The notes under the pieces were generated by a model. The model ran no database searches and was not told the DNA's origin. It saw only the letters and a list, made by a program, of their open reading frames with translations. The translations under genes and the position numbers were made by a program. Shown here one piece after another: positions 17,312-27,555 of a DNA stretch of 64,000 bases (the stretch's first letter is position 1; every line of letters begins with the position of its first letter). Source of the stretch: an uncultured Clostridia bacterium (GTDB lineage Bacteria; Bacillota; Clostridia; Oscillospirales; Ruminococcaceae); assembly GCA_937906945.1 (NCBI GenBank), contig CALCUE010000026.1, forward strand, positions 59,759 through 123,758. The letters run 5' to 3'.

Positions 17312-18220
17312 ATGGATCAAAAAGTGTTTAAGGCTTTTGCCGAGACGATTGCTTTGCCATATATGGAGGAAGAGGATCTTTCCCGCCATACGTCTTTTCG
17401 GATCGGAGGACCCGCCGAAATTTTCGCGGAACCGGAAACTTTGGAGCAGATCCAGTCGTTGGTCCGGTTTTGTCGGGAACAGAACATTCGTCTTCGTCCG
17501 TTGGGAAAAGGCTCCAATGTTCTGGCACCGGATGAAGGAATATCGGATCTTGTTCTCCATTTTGGACATCGCTTTTCCAAAATCGAGCTCTTGGACGACA
17601 GAACGGTTTATTGTGAAGCGGGAACCAGTTTGGGACGGCTTTGTCGTTTCGCGTTGGAACATAATCTCTCCGGTCTGGAATTTGCCTACGGGATTCCGGG
17701 ATCGGTGGGTGGCGCTGTCTATATGAACGCCGGCGCTTATGGCGGCGAGATCAAAGACGTAATCCTTTATGCGGATCACGTGGATAAAAATAGCGAGTTG
17801 GGACGCTTTTCCGGTGATGAACTGGCTATGTCCTATCGGCACAGCATATATAGCGAAAATGAGTATTATATAACTGGGGCGGCTTTTCATCTGAACAAGG
17901 CGGATCATGAGGAGATCAACGCCAGAATGGAGGAGTTGATCGCCAAACGGTATGAGAAACAGCCGATGGAAAAACCGAGCGCCGGAAGCACTTTTAAGCG
18001 TCCGGAAGGCGCTTTCGCTTCAGCGCTGATTGATCAATGCGGTTTGAAAGGATTTCAGATTGGCGGAGCGGCAGTCAGCACCAAACATGCCGGTTTTGTG
18101 GTCAATGAAGGGGGAGCGACCTGCGATGACGTTTTACGTCTGATGGAGGCAGTGAGCCAAAAAGTTAAAGAGGATACCGGTTTCGTTCTGGAGCCGGAAG
18201 TGGAAATCTGGAGAGAGTGA
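17312..18220 (+). CDS. murB: UDP-N-acetylenolpyruvoylglucosamine reductase
   Basis: FRIGGPAEIF, GKGSNVL, GIPGSVGGAVYMNAGAYGGEI, SAGSTFKRP. I prefer the ATG at 17312 (GAGGAG RBS); the ORF is open from 17297. Confidence 0.94.
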   Translation: MDQKVFKAFAETIALPYMEEEDLSRHTSFRIGGPAEIFAEPETLEQIQSLVRFCREQNIRLRPLGKGSNVLAPDEGISDLVLHFGHRFSKIELLDDRTVYCEAGTSLGRLCRFALEHNLSGLEFAYGIPGSVGGAVYMNAGAYGGEIKDVILYADHVDKNSELGRFSGDELAMSYRHSIYSENEYYITGAAFHLNKADHEEINARMEELIAKRYEKQPMEKPSAGSTFKRPEGAFASALIDQCGLKGFQIGGAAVSTKHAGFVVNEGGATCDDVLRLMEAVSQKVKEDTGFVLEPEVEIWRE

Positions 18221-18232
18221 GGAGGAAGGGTA

Positions 18233-19156
18233 ATGGCGTTTGTGACACAGCTGCGGGATGAGCTTTGCAAAGATATCCCGGATAACCCCCAGGAACTTCA
18301 CGCTCTTTTATATGGATTTTTACTTTTTTCCCATCGTTTCGCTCCGGACGAAATCAGTTTTTCAACCAGACATGAGCCGACGGCTCGGCTTTTCGCTGAA
18401 GCGGTTGCCCTTCATTGTGGAATTTCGGCGAAGATCACTTTTAAGGAACGGGTTCGTGGGACTATTTATAAAGTGCAAATTGAGAAATCTTCCGAGCGGA
18501 AATTGCTGATGGAGAAATTTTCTCACGCTCCAAAAGAGCCGCATTTGCGAATCAATCGCTCCAATTTTGAGGATGAAAACGGTATTCCGTATTTTTTAAG
18601 GGGCGCTTTTCTTGCCTGCGGAAGAATGACGGATCCGGAGAAAGATTATCATTGTGAGTTTTCCGTCAATTTTATGAATCTGAGCCGGGATCTTTCGACA
18701 TTGATTGGTGAGGTGTTGGATCAACCGAAAACCGTTCTTCGCCGGGGAGCTTATGTTATTTACTATAAGGAAAGTGAAAATATCGAAGATATTCTGACCT
18801 ATATTGGGGCACCGATGGCCGCTTTGGAGCTGATGAATATCAAAATCATGAAAGATATCAAAAACCGAGTGAACCGCCGGATCAACTGTGAAAGCGCCAA
18901 CATGGACAAAACAATCAACGCTTCCTTCGAGCAGGTGGAGGACATCCATTATATTTTTGAGCACCGGGATAAATCGGTCCTTCCGGAGGAACTTTTGGAG
19001 TTGGCCGAAATGCGAATCGAAAATCCGGAAATGTCTCTTCGGGAACTGGCAGAGGCTCTTCATCCGCCGATTTCCCGCTCCGGAGTCAACCATAGGCTCA
19101 AGCATTTAAGCCGGATCGCCGAAGAGATCCGACGGGAGGATCACCAGGAAAAATAA
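18233..19156 (+). CDS. whiA: DNA-binding protein WhiA (sporulation/cell-division regulator)
   Basis: 307 aa. LRGAFLACGRMTDPEKDYHCEF (degenerate LAGLIDADG fold) and a C-terminal HTH ...LRELAEAL..ISRSGVNHRLKHL. Confidence 0.9.
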   Translation: MAFVTQLRDELCKDIPDNPQELHALLYGFLLFSHRFAPDEISFSTRHEPTARLFAEAVALHCGISAKITFKERVRGTIYKVQIEKSSERKLLMEKFSHAPKEPHLRINRSNFEDENGIPYFLRGAFLACGRMTDPEKDYHCEFSVNFMNLSRDLSTLIGEVLDQPKTVLRRGAYVIYYKESENIEDILTYIGAPMAALELMNIKIMKDIKNRVNRRINCESANMDKTINASFEQVEDIHYIFEHRDKSVLPEELLELAEMRIENPEMSLRELAEALHPPISRSGVNHRLKHLSRIAEEIRREDHQEK

Positions 19157-19171
19157 AGCAGGAGGCAAAAA

Positions 19172-22100
19172 ATGAGCTTCGTACATCTTCATTTACATAC
19201 GGAATACAGTTTGTTGGATGGGGCTTGTCGAATCAAAAATCTGATGCCGCGAATCAAGGAACTGGGACAAACCGCTGTGGCGATCACCGATCACGGCGTT
19301 ATGTACGGGGTCATTGATTTTTATCGGGAAGCGCAGAAATATGGCATAAAGCCGGTTATTGGCTGTGAGGTCTATGTGGCCAACCGCTCTCGTTTCAGTA
19401 AAGAGCATCAAATGGACTGGAGCTATCATTTGGTCCTTCTTTGCGAAAACAATACCGGTTATAAAAATCTGATCAAATTGGTTTCCGCCGGCTTTATCGA
19501 CGGTTTCTATAAGAAACCCCGTGTGGATAAAGAGTTGCTTCGTCAGTATCATGAGGGAATTATCGCGCTTTCTGCCTGCTTGGCCGGTGAAATTCCACGT
19601 TTACTGACGCAGAATGATTATGACGCCGCCAAAGCCGCGGCGTTGGAATACCGGGACATTTTTGGGGAAAACAACTATTTTATTGAGATCCAGGATCACG
19701 GTTACACCGATCAGAAACGGATTTTACCGAGCCTTGTCCGTCTCTCAAAAGAGACCGGAATTCCGCTTGTAGCCACCAACGACTGTCATTACATAAATAA
19801 AGACGATGCCAAAATGCAGAACGTGCTCATTTGCATCGGAACGAACCACACGGTGGATGAGGCCAACGATATGGCTTTTGAAACCGAGGAGTTCTATGTA
19901 AAATCTGAAGAGGAAATGCGGGAGATTTTCTCTTTTGTACCGGAAGCCATTGACAATACGCAAAAAATTGCCGATCGTTGTAATATGACGTTTGAGTTTG
20001 GCCATACCAAACTTCCGGCCTTTAATGCGCCGGACGGTCGGGACAATGTGGAATATTTTGAGACCATGTGTAAAGAGGGACTTTATCGACACTATGGAGA
20101 AAATCCCTCAGAAGAACTTTGGGAACGTCTCAATTATGAATTGAGCATCATCAAGCGGATGGGATACGTAAACTACTATCTCATTGTCCATGATTTTATC
20201 CATTACGCGAAAAGCGTAGGAATTCCGGTGGGACCGGGACGTGGTTCCGGTGCCGGAAGCCTTTGCGCCTATTGTATCGGAATTACCGATATCGACCCGA
20301 TCAAGTATCATCTGCTTTTTGAACGCTTTTTGAACCCGGAACGGGTTTCTATGCCGGACTTTGACGTCGATTTCTGCTATGAACGGCGGCAGGAGGTCAT
20401 TGAATACGTCAATCGAAAATACGGTTCCGACCATGTGGCGCAGATCGTCACCTTTGGAACATTGGCAGCCAGAGCGGCCATTCGTGACGTCGGTCGGGCG
20501 CTTGGTATGGCGTATCAGGATGTGGACAAGGTCGCGAAACTGGTTCCGACGGATCTTCATATGACGCTGGAAAAAGCCTTGAATATTTCACAGGATCTGA
20601 AAGCGCTTTATGAAAACGACCCGAAAGTGCGGGAACTTCTGGATACGGCGATGAAAGTGGAAGGAATGCCGCGGCATACTTCCGTTCATGCTGCCGGTGT
20701 CGTTATAGCGCCGGAACCGGTCACGGAATTTGTGCCGGTGGCAAAACCGGATGAATCAGTCGTCACGCAGTTTACCATGACAACGTTGGAGGAACTGGGC
20801 CTTCTGAAAATGGATTTTCTGGGTCTTAGGAACCTGACGGCTATCAGCGACTGTGAAAAGGAAGTCCGAAAACGCCATCCGGATTTCGATATTTCCAAAG
20901 TGCCGGACGATGATCCGGCGGTTTATGAAATGCTCGCCAAAGGACAGGCGCAGGGCGTTTTTCAGTTTGAGTCGGCGGGCATGCGCAGCGTGCTCGTCGG
21001 ACTTGGACCGAAGTCCATTGAAGATCTGACGGCTGTTATTTCTCTTTATCGTCCCGGTCCGATGGATTCCATCCCTAAATACATCGAAAACAGCCACCAC
21101 CCGGAAAAGGTGACCTATAAAACACCGCTCTTGAAGCCGATTCTGGACGTTACCTACGGCTGTATCGTCTATCAGGAACAGGTTATGGAAATCGTTCGGA
21201 AACTGGCCGGTTATTCCTATGGAAGGGCGGACCTTGTGCGCCGTGCCATGAGCAAGAAAAAACTGGACGTTATGGCAAAGGAAAGAGAATATTTCGTTCA
21301 CGGAAAATTTGATGAGGACGGAAATCTTGAGCTTCCCGGTGCCGTCCGTAACGGAGTTCCGGAAGCCGTTGCCAACGAGATTTTCGATGAGATGAGTTCC
21401 TTCGCGTCGTACGCCTTTAATAAGTCCCACGCGGCCGCTTACGCGACGGTGGCTTACCGGACCGCCTATCTCAAATGCCATTATCCGGGGGAGTATATGG
21501 CGGCACAACTGACATCCGTTTTGGATAACACCGATAAAGTTATTGAGTATATCGGCGAATGTCAGAAGATGGGGATTAATGTGCTCGGACCGGATGTCAA
21601 TCATTCGGAAAGCGGATTTACCTGGGAGGAAAAAGGCGTTCGGTTTGGACTTTTAGCCATTAAGAACTTGGGAAAAGGGCTGATCCATGAGATCATTTCC
21701 GAACGGGAAATGAATGGCAAGTATAAGAACTTTACAGACTTTTGCAAGCGGACTTATGGACGGGAACTGAACAAAAGAACGCTGGAGAGTCTGATCAAGT
21801 CCGGAGCATTGGATGGCTTCGCGATCAACCGTCATAGCATGTTGTCCGGGTATGAATCGCTTCTTTCCACCATTGATGCGGAAAATAAGCGAAATCTTTC
21901 CGGACAAATGAGCCTTTTTGGCGGTTTTGAGGAAGATACCCTTTTGGAAGATCATCTTCCGAATTTGCCGGATTACTCCCTTCGGGAACGGCTTAATATG
22001 GAGAAAGAAACAACGGGGCTCTATCTTTCTGGTCATCCGATGAATGAATATCAAGATGTGCTCGGGAAAATCGGGGCCAGTACGGTGCTGGAAATCAAAC

Positions 22101-22711
22101 AATTCCATAACGAAAATACGGAAAGTGAAAAACGGGTCCGTCTTTGCGGCATTGTGCTCAGCAAAAAAATGAAAACCACTAAGAATAACGACGTGATGGC
22201 TTTTATCACGTTGGAGGACACAACAGGCAGTTTGGAAGCCCTTGTTTTCCCGAAGGTGTTGGCGGAATACGGTGGCCTTATCAATGTCAACGAGGCTATT
22301 GTTCTGGAAGCCCATCTTTCTTCCAAAGAGGAAGAAGAAGTCAAACTGATGGCGGAACGCTTTTTAAGCGTTTCGGACGCGCAAAGGATTCCGTTTGATC
22401 CGAACGGAGCATTTTCCAACCGGACGGCGTTACGCCGGCAGGAATCGGAACCGGTTTCATCTAAACCGTCCGCGACGGAGCGAGGAGGGCTTTTCCTTCG
22501 CCTGCCATCCAAGAACTCGGAAGAATATCGGAAAGCTATGAAATTTTTAGCGGTTTTTGAGGGGCTTACTCCACTTTATTTGCACTTCACCGACACGAAA
22601 CAGACAGTACAGGCGCCGACCAAGCTTTGGGTGGATACCGCCGTCGGCAATCAATATGTGGTAAACCGTCTTGGTAAAATGTTGGGTGAAGAAAACGTCA
22701 AATTGCGATAA
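19172..22711 (+). CDS. dnaE: DNA polymerase III alpha subunit (DnaE type)
   Basis: N-terminal PHP domain FVHLHLHTEYSLLDG, ...GPGRGSGAGSLCAYCIGITDIDP..., DFDVDF, FDFLGLRNLT. 1179 aa. Confidence 0.97.
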   Translation: MSFVHLHLHTEYSLLDGACRIKNLMPRIKELGQTAVAITDHGVMYGVIDFYREAQKYGIKPVIGCEVYVANRSRFSKEHQMDWSYHLVLLCENNTGYKNLIKLVSAGFIDGFYKKPRVDKELLRQYHEGIIALSACLAGEIPRLLTQNDYDAAKAAALEYRDIFGENNYFIEIQDHGYTDQKRILPSLVRLSKETGIPLVATNDCHYINKDDAKMQNVLICIGTNHTVDEANDMAFETEEFYVKSEEEMREIFSFVPEAIDNTQKIADRCNMTFEFGHTKLPAFNAPDGRDNVEYFETMCKEGLYRHYGENPSEELWERLNYELSIIKRMGYVNYYLIVHDFIHYAKSVGIPVGPGRGSGAGSLCAYCIGITDIDPIKYHLLFERFLNPERVSMPDFDVDFCYERRQEVIEYVNRKYGSDHVAQIVTFGTLAARAAIRDVGRALGMAYQDVDKVAKLVPTDLHMTLEKALNISQDLKALYENDPKVRELLDTAMKVEGMPRHTSVHAAGVVIAPEPVTEFVPVAKPDESVVTQFTMTTLEELGLLKMDFLGLRNLTAISDCEKEVRKRHPDFDISKVPDDDPAVYEMLAKGQAQGVFQFESAGMRSVLVGLGPKSIEDLTAVISLYRPGPMDSIPKYIENSHHPEKVTYKTPLLKPILDVTYGCIVYQEQVMEIVRKLAGYSYGRADLVRRAMSKKKLDVMAKEREYFVHGKFDEDGNLELPGAVRNGVPEAVANEIFDEMSSFASYAFNKSHAAAYATVAYRTAYLKCHYPGEYMAAQLTSVLDNTDKVIEYIGECQKMGINVLGPDVNHSESGFTWEEKGVRFGLLAIKNLGKGLIHEIISEREMNGKYKNFTDFCKRTYGRELNKRTLESLIKSGALDGFAINRHSMLSGYESLLSTIDAENKRNLSGQMSLFGGFEEDTLLEDHLPNLPDYSLRERLNMEKETTGLYLSGHPMNEYQDVLGKIGASTVLEIKQFHNENTESEKRVRLCGIVLSKKMKTTKNNDVMAFITLEDTTGSLEALVFPKVLAEYGGLINVNEAIVLEAHLSSKEEEEVKLMAERFLSVSDAQRIPFDPNGAFSNRTALRRQESEPVSSKPSATERGGLFLRLPSKNSEEYRKAMKFLAVFEGLTPLYLHFTDTKQTVQAPTKLWVDTAVGNQYVVNRLGKMLGEENVKLR

Positions 22712-22793
22712 GGAAGAACTTTCCGCTTGCGTGAAAGAACCGGATTTTTTATACTATTCTTACAGAAATTTGTCATGAAAAACGGAGGTTGCT

Positions 22794-24248
22794 ATGAAAC
22801 GACTGCTTTGCTTGCTATTGGTTTTGGGTATGACCGCTTTTATGACAGCTTGTTCGACAGAAAATGTTTCTAAAACAATTGAAACGGACGCGCCGTTGAT
22901 TTCTGAGTCCGAGCCGGAAAAATCAAAACCGACCGTAGAGATTTCGATAATAGAAAGCTCGGATGTTTCTGAGGAGCCTACGGAACCGGAAGAGGAAACG
23001 AAGCCTTCTTCCAGTTCGTCCTCTTCGGAAAAAACGACGGAAAAGGATAAAAACAGTTCATCAAGTTCGTCATCGGAATCTTCGCAAAGCGAGACAACGA
23101 CGAGCTCTCAGGAAACTTCAGAGCCGCCTGTTGTTGTTTCGACCCCAGTCACGGGGGAAACAAAAGCCGTATGGATTTCCTATTTGGAATACCAGTCGAT
23201 TCTGCAGGGACAATCCAAAAGCCAATTCAGCGCCAATGTGGAGACCATGTTTTCCAATTTGGCCGGAGATGGTTTCAATACCGTCTATGTCCACGCGCGT
23301 TCTCACAGCGACGCCATGTATGACTCCGCCTATTTCCCGTGGTCGGTCTATTGTAGCGGAACGGAAGGAAAATCTCCCGGCTTTGATCCATTGGCGGTTA
23401 TGGTTACAAAAGCGCACAACGCGGGACTTAAAATTGAGGCTTGGGTCAATCCCTATCGGGTGAAAGGAACGACGGACACTGCGAAAATCTCAGCCGGAAG
23501 CCCGGCCTATGATTGGCTTGGGACGGGAAAGGTCGTTATTGTGGAAGGATCCGGTATTTATTATAATCCGGCGGATGAAGATGTTATCGATCTTGTTGTT
23601 TCCGGGGTGGAAGAGATTGTTCGCAATTATGACGTGGATGGCATCCATTTTGACGATTATTTTTACCCGACGACGGCGGAATCTTTTGATGACACCTACT
23701 ATAAAAATTATACTCGTTCCGGCGGAAAGCTCAGCCTTTCCGCCTGGCGAAGACAGAATGTCAATACGCTGATAGAAAGGGTCTATTCGTCGATCAAATC
23801 CATTGACCCGGCCTGCCGTTTTGGAATCAGCCCCACAGGAAATATGGAATCCAATTACGGTTCGCTTTATTGCGATGTTGCCACATGGGTTACTAATTCC
23901 GGCTATATTGATTACATATGTCCGCAGATTTATTATGGCTTCAACCATGGAACGAAACCATATCTGGACGTTCTGGCGGAATTTAACGATATGATTTCAC
24001 AAAGCAAAGTGGAACTGATCGTCGGTTTGGCCGCTTATAAAGTGGGAGCGACCGACGCCTACGCCGGAAACGGAAAAAATGAGTGGGAAACCTATTCGGA
24101 TATTCTTTCCCGACAGGTGACAGCGGCCCGTAATGAGAGCCGATACGGCGGTTTCGCTCTTTATCGCTATGATTCTCTCTATCACCCAAGTTCAGCGGTT
24201 TCGGCTATGATGAAAAAAGAAAGAAACAGCTTAAAAGAAATTTTGTGA
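22794..24248 (+). CDS. Lipoprotein with a Ser/Thr/Glu-rich linker and a glycosyl-hydrolase-like 10 (GHL10, YngK/DUF187-type) domain
   Basis: Lipobox-like ...GMTAFMTAC/STEN; low-complexity SSSSSSEKTTEKDKNSSSSSSSESS; then KAVWISYLEY, FNTVYVHARSHSDAMY, EAWVNPYR, DGIHFDDYFYP. The family call is from memory. Confidence 0.75.
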   Translation: MKRLLCLLLVLGMTAFMTACSTENVSKTIETDAPLISESEPEKSKPTVEISIIESSDVSEEPTEPEEETKPSSSSSSSEKTTEKDKNSSSSSSSESSQSETTTSSQETSEPPVVVSTPVTGETKAVWISYLEYQSILQGQSKSQFSANVETMFSNLAGDGFNTVYVHARSHSDAMYDSAYFPWSVYCSGTEGKSPGFDPLAVMVTKAHNAGLKIEAWVNPYRVKGTTDTAKISAGSPAYDWLGTGKVVIVEGSGIYYNPADEDVIDLVVSGVEEIVRNYDVDGIHFDDYFYPTTAESFDDTYYKNYTRSGGKLSLSAWRRQNVNTLIERVYSSIKSIDPACRFGISPTGNMESNYGSLYCDVATWVTNSGYIDYICPQIYYGFNHGTKPYLDVLAEFNDMISQSKVELIVGLAAYKVGATDAYAGNGKNEWETYSDILSRQVTAARNESRYGGFALYRYDSLYHPSSAVSAMMKKERNSLKEIL

Positions 24249-24278
24249 CAAAAAACCTTGGAAGGACGGAACAAAAAG

Positions 24279-27200
24279 ATGAAAAAATTCTTTTTGAACA
24301 AAAAATTGATGGCTTTAGTGCTCAGCCTGTGTCTCGTGCTCGTCATTGGGGGAATCGGAGCATTGGCGGCATGGAAAAGCGGCCTTCCGGGGATCACGAT
24401 GCTCAAAGAAAAAATTCCTACATTAGGAGAAAAAGAAACAGAGATATCGCAGGAGCCAACCGAGCCGGAAAATACGACACCGAAACCGATTACCATTGAT
24501 CCCATTGAAATTAGTCCGGTGGAACCGCAGAAAGAGACCGAGCAACCGGCGGATGACCGTCCGATCGTATATGCGGCACCGGAGCGGATGATGGCGGTGA
24601 CAGTTGAAGCCGGAAAGGATTTTTATACCGATCCCAAAATGAGCGTTTCCGACATGGAGGCCTCTATTGAAAAGATGCTGAAAAGCGCAAAAGACCTTTC
24701 GGCCAATACGGTTTTTGTTCGTACCGGTTACGAGGGAAAAGTTCTTTTTACCTCGGAGGGTACCGCGCAGGTGGAAAGCTCTTTGGATCTGCTTCGCTGT
24801 ATCACCGATAAAGCGAAAGAGATGGATTTTTACGTCTATACCGTATTGGATATTGACGGCAGTGAAGACACGGCAGGTGAAAAATCTCTTTCCATTTTAG
24901 AGAAAGACGTGGAAGCGCTTTGCGCTTATGATGTGGACGGGATCATGCTGGATTCCTATACGCTTTCCTCTGATGGTGAGGCGTATGCCGGTTATTTGGA
25001 AAACGGCGGCGGTATGGGCTATGAAAATTTCCTGAATTCCAGGACGGAAGCGTCCATCAAAACCGCTTATGCGGCGGCTAAACGGGCGGATCCTTCCGTT
25101 GCCGTCGGTTTGGCGGTTGACGCGGTTTGGGCCAATGGGGAAAATCAGGAAGGCGGAAGCGATACGACCGCGGATTTTGAAAGTCTGACCGGGGGATTTG
25201 CCGATACCAAAAAATTTGTGGAAAAAGGATTGGCGGATTTCGTTTCTGTCAAGTGTACCTATGCGACAACCGATAAATCGGCGAAATTCAAGAATTATTT
25301 GACTTGGTGGAGCGACGTAGTCGCTGAAAAAGTCCCGCTCTATATTTTCCAATACGCGACCAAAGCCTGTACCGAAGCGAAAGGATGGAAAGATCCTTCG
25401 GAGCTTTCCGATCAGGTAATCGCGGCGGAGAAAATGAATGGATTTTGCGGCAGTATTTTTGATTCTCTTTCCGCATTGAAAGAGAACCCCAAGCAGTCCA
25501 CAGACGCTTTGATCCAGTATCTGACGGAAAATATTGATCCGAGTTTTTTGCTGACGCAGCTCGAAATGACCCGTCCGTCGAAAAAGACCTATTCCACTTA
25601 TGAAAACGTGGTCACCTTCGCCGGAGCGTCGGACGTCAATTTTGATCTTTTCCTTAATGGGGAAAAAGTAAAACGGGATTCTAACGGTGCTTTCATGCTG
25701 ACCATTGATCTTAAGACCGGGCTCAATACTTTTATGTTTACCCATAAGGAGAAGACGATTACCTATAATATTACGAGAAATATCAAAATTCTGAAAGAGA
25801 TCACGCCACTTGGCAACGTGACCATCGGTGGCGGAATGAGCGTCACGGTCACGGCTCTGGCTTATGAGGGTTCCACGGTGACGGCCTCGCTTGGTTCTTC
25901 AACAATTTCTCTTAAGCCATCGACGGAGGCGGACGACGCGACGGATAATGAGTCCACCTATAAGATTTATTCCGGTATGATCACGGTTCCGGCGGCGACC
26001 GGATCGGAACAAAAGCTCGGAAATATCAAAGTGGTTGGCAAATGGAATGACGCGCCGACAGAAACGTTGGAGGGAGCCTTTGTCACCGTTTCACAAAAGG
26101 CGGCAGCCGGTGGTTTGGTGGAAGTCGTGGCAAGCGCGGCAGAAACATTCCCATGCGACACGCTGAACGATCTTTCGGATTATGATTGCTATCCTCTTGC
26201 TAAAGGGACAAGAGATTATATTGTCGGCGATGAAATCGTCTATGTGGAAGGCGATAAAACATATACTTATTACAACTTGCAATCGGGACAGAGAGTCTAT
26301 ACAAAGGACGTTGTTCCGGTGGCAGGGGAATTGGGCGGTAATAAAATCCAAAATATGACCGTTTCGTCCAATGCCCGCTATACTTACGTTTCCTTTGAAA
26401 TGGATCAGCAAGTCGCTTATATCGCCAAATACAGCAGTTCCGCTTTTACGATTGATTTCCAATATACGGATAGTGTACCGGGTGACTTAAATCTGAACTG
26501 TACGCCGCTTTTTGATTCGGCGACATGGAGCGGTTCCAAACTGACGCTGAAACTCAGCACAACGTCCGGTTTCTTGGGCTATTTCGCCTATTATGAAAGC
26601 GGAAGTCTGATTTTCCGTTTCAATAACCCGACCGGTTCGTATAGCCTTTCCGGTGTCCCGATCGTTGTGGACGTCGGGCACAGCGCTCTTGGCGTGGGCG
26701 CTCTTGGCTATTTGTCAGCCTATGGCGAATACGAGATCAACCTTGCCGTCGGAAAATATCTGAAATCGGAGCTGCAAAGCCGCGGTGCCACTGTCTATAT
26801 GATGGATACGGTCAATTCCCGGCCATCATTAGAGGATCGGACCACTTATGCCTTCTCGAAGCATCCGTTGGCTTTTGTCAGCGTCCACTGCAATTCCAGT
26901 ACGACCAGTACCGGATACGGAACGGAATGTTTTTACTTCACACGTTTTTCTTCGCCGCTGGCTACTTATTTCTCGGACAACGTATCGTCGGCCCTTGGCA
27001 CGGCAAATCGAGGCGGACGGATTGGTCGATATTATGTGACGAGAGTGCAGGATTATCCGGCTATTCTTGGCGAAATCGGCTTTGTCAGCAACGAATCGGA
27101 TTATTATAAACTGATCCAGAACAGTTACCAGCGTTCCATCGCGTCCGGTATTGCCGACGCTGTTCAGAGCTATCTCGGTTCGATCGGACGGAACGGAAAC

Positions 27201-27368
27201 TATAGTTACGGGACACAGTCCACTGGCGGTTCCTCTTATGAAGCGCCGCCGCTTCCGGAAGAGGAACCGGAGAACAGTGAGCCTGAGGAAGAAATCATCG
27301 AGAAACTGCCAAACGATTCTTCGGCAAGCGATTCAAGTTCTTCCAGAGGACGGACTGTCCTGGGATAA
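24279..27368 (+). CDS. Large membrane-anchored multidomain cell-wall protein: divergent GHL10-like domain, beta-rich middle region, C-terminal N-acetylmuramoyl-L-alanine amidase (Amidase_3)
   Basis: N-terminal TM LMALVLSLCLVLVIGGIGALAAW; ANTVFVRTGYEGKVLF...DVDGIMLDSYTL. The C-terminal region VVDVGHSALGVGA..GEYEINLAV...FVSVHCNSS...GTECFYF...ILGEIGFVSNESDY matches the Amidase_3 pattern. Acidic/Ser tail. Confidence 0.85.
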   Translation: MKKFFLNKKLMALVLSLCLVLVIGGIGALAAWKSGLPGITMLKEKIPTLGEKETEISQEPTEPENTTPKPITIDPIEISPVEPQKETEQPADDRPIVYAAPERMMAVTVEAGKDFYTDPKMSVSDMEASIEKMLKSAKDLSANTVFVRTGYEGKVLFTSEGTAQVESSLDLLRCITDKAKEMDFYVYTVLDIDGSEDTAGEKSLSILEKDVEALCAYDVDGIMLDSYTLSSDGEAYAGYLENGGGMGYENFLNSRTEASIKTAYAAAKRADPSVAVGLAVDAVWANGENQEGGSDTTADFESLTGGFADTKKFVEKGLADFVSVKCTYATTDKSAKFKNYLTWWSDVVAEKVPLYIFQYATKACTEAKGWKDPSELSDQVIAAEKMNGFCGSIFDSLSALKENPKQSTDALIQYLTENIDPSFLLTQLEMTRPSKKTYSTYENVVTFAGASDVNFDLFLNGEKVKRDSNGAFMLTIDLKTGLNTFMFTHKEKTITYNITRNIKILKEITPLGNVTIGGGMSVTVTALAYEGSTVTASLGSSTISLKPSTEADDATDNESTYKIYSGMITVPAATGSEQKLGNIKVVGKWNDAPTETLEGAFVTVSQKAAAGGLVEVVASAAETFPCDTLNDLSDYDCYPLAKGTRDYIVGDEIVYVEGDKTYTYYNLQSGQRVYTKDVVPVAGELGGNKIQNMTVSSNARYTYVSFEMDQQVAYIAKYSSSAFTIDFQYTDSVPGDLNLNCTPLFDSATWSGSKLTLKLSTTSGFLGYFAYYESGSLIFRFNNPTGSYSLSGVPIVVDVGHSALGVGALGYLSAYGEYEINLAVGKYLKSELQSRGATVYMMDTVNSRPSLEDRTTYAFSKHPLAFVSVHCNSSTTSTGYGTECFYFTRFSSPLATYFSDNVSSALGTANRGGRIGRYYVTRVQDYPAILGEIGFVSNESDYYKLIQNSYQRSIASGIADAVQSYLGSIGRNGNYSYGTQSTGGSSYEAPPLPEEEPENSEPEEEIIEKLPNDSSASDSSSSRGRTVLG

Positions 27369-27405
27369 ACCGGAAGAAAATCCAGGGGAAATAGCGTCAT
27401 GGGCT

Positions 27406-27447
27406 GAAAAACCCGCCGAAAAGGGATTCCTTTTTCGGCGGGTTTTT
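27406..27447 (+). terminator. Intrinsic terminator after the GHL10-amidase gene
   Basis: aaacccgccgaaaa-gggattcc-ttttcggcgggttt followed by a T-run. Confidence 0.8.
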
Positions 27448-27555
27448 ATGTTGTTTTTCGTCGTGATCGGAGAGGTTTTAGAAGATACTTTTGATTTATT
27501 CAACATACTTTTTCCTTTTCAGCATATTTATGAAAAGCGGAAGGAGAGAAAAGAT

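Noticed and set aside
17279-17908. 209-aa minus-strand ORF across the hprK end and the murB 5' half
   Set aside because: It is antisense to two well-supported genes and has no features of its own.
27151-27555. N-terminal extension of the M23 peptidase ORF (the 361-aa version)
   Set aside because: The extension overlaps the last 218 nt of the upstream amidase gene and reads through its terminator hairpin. A strong AAGGAGAG RBS and a signal-anchor start are found at 27556.
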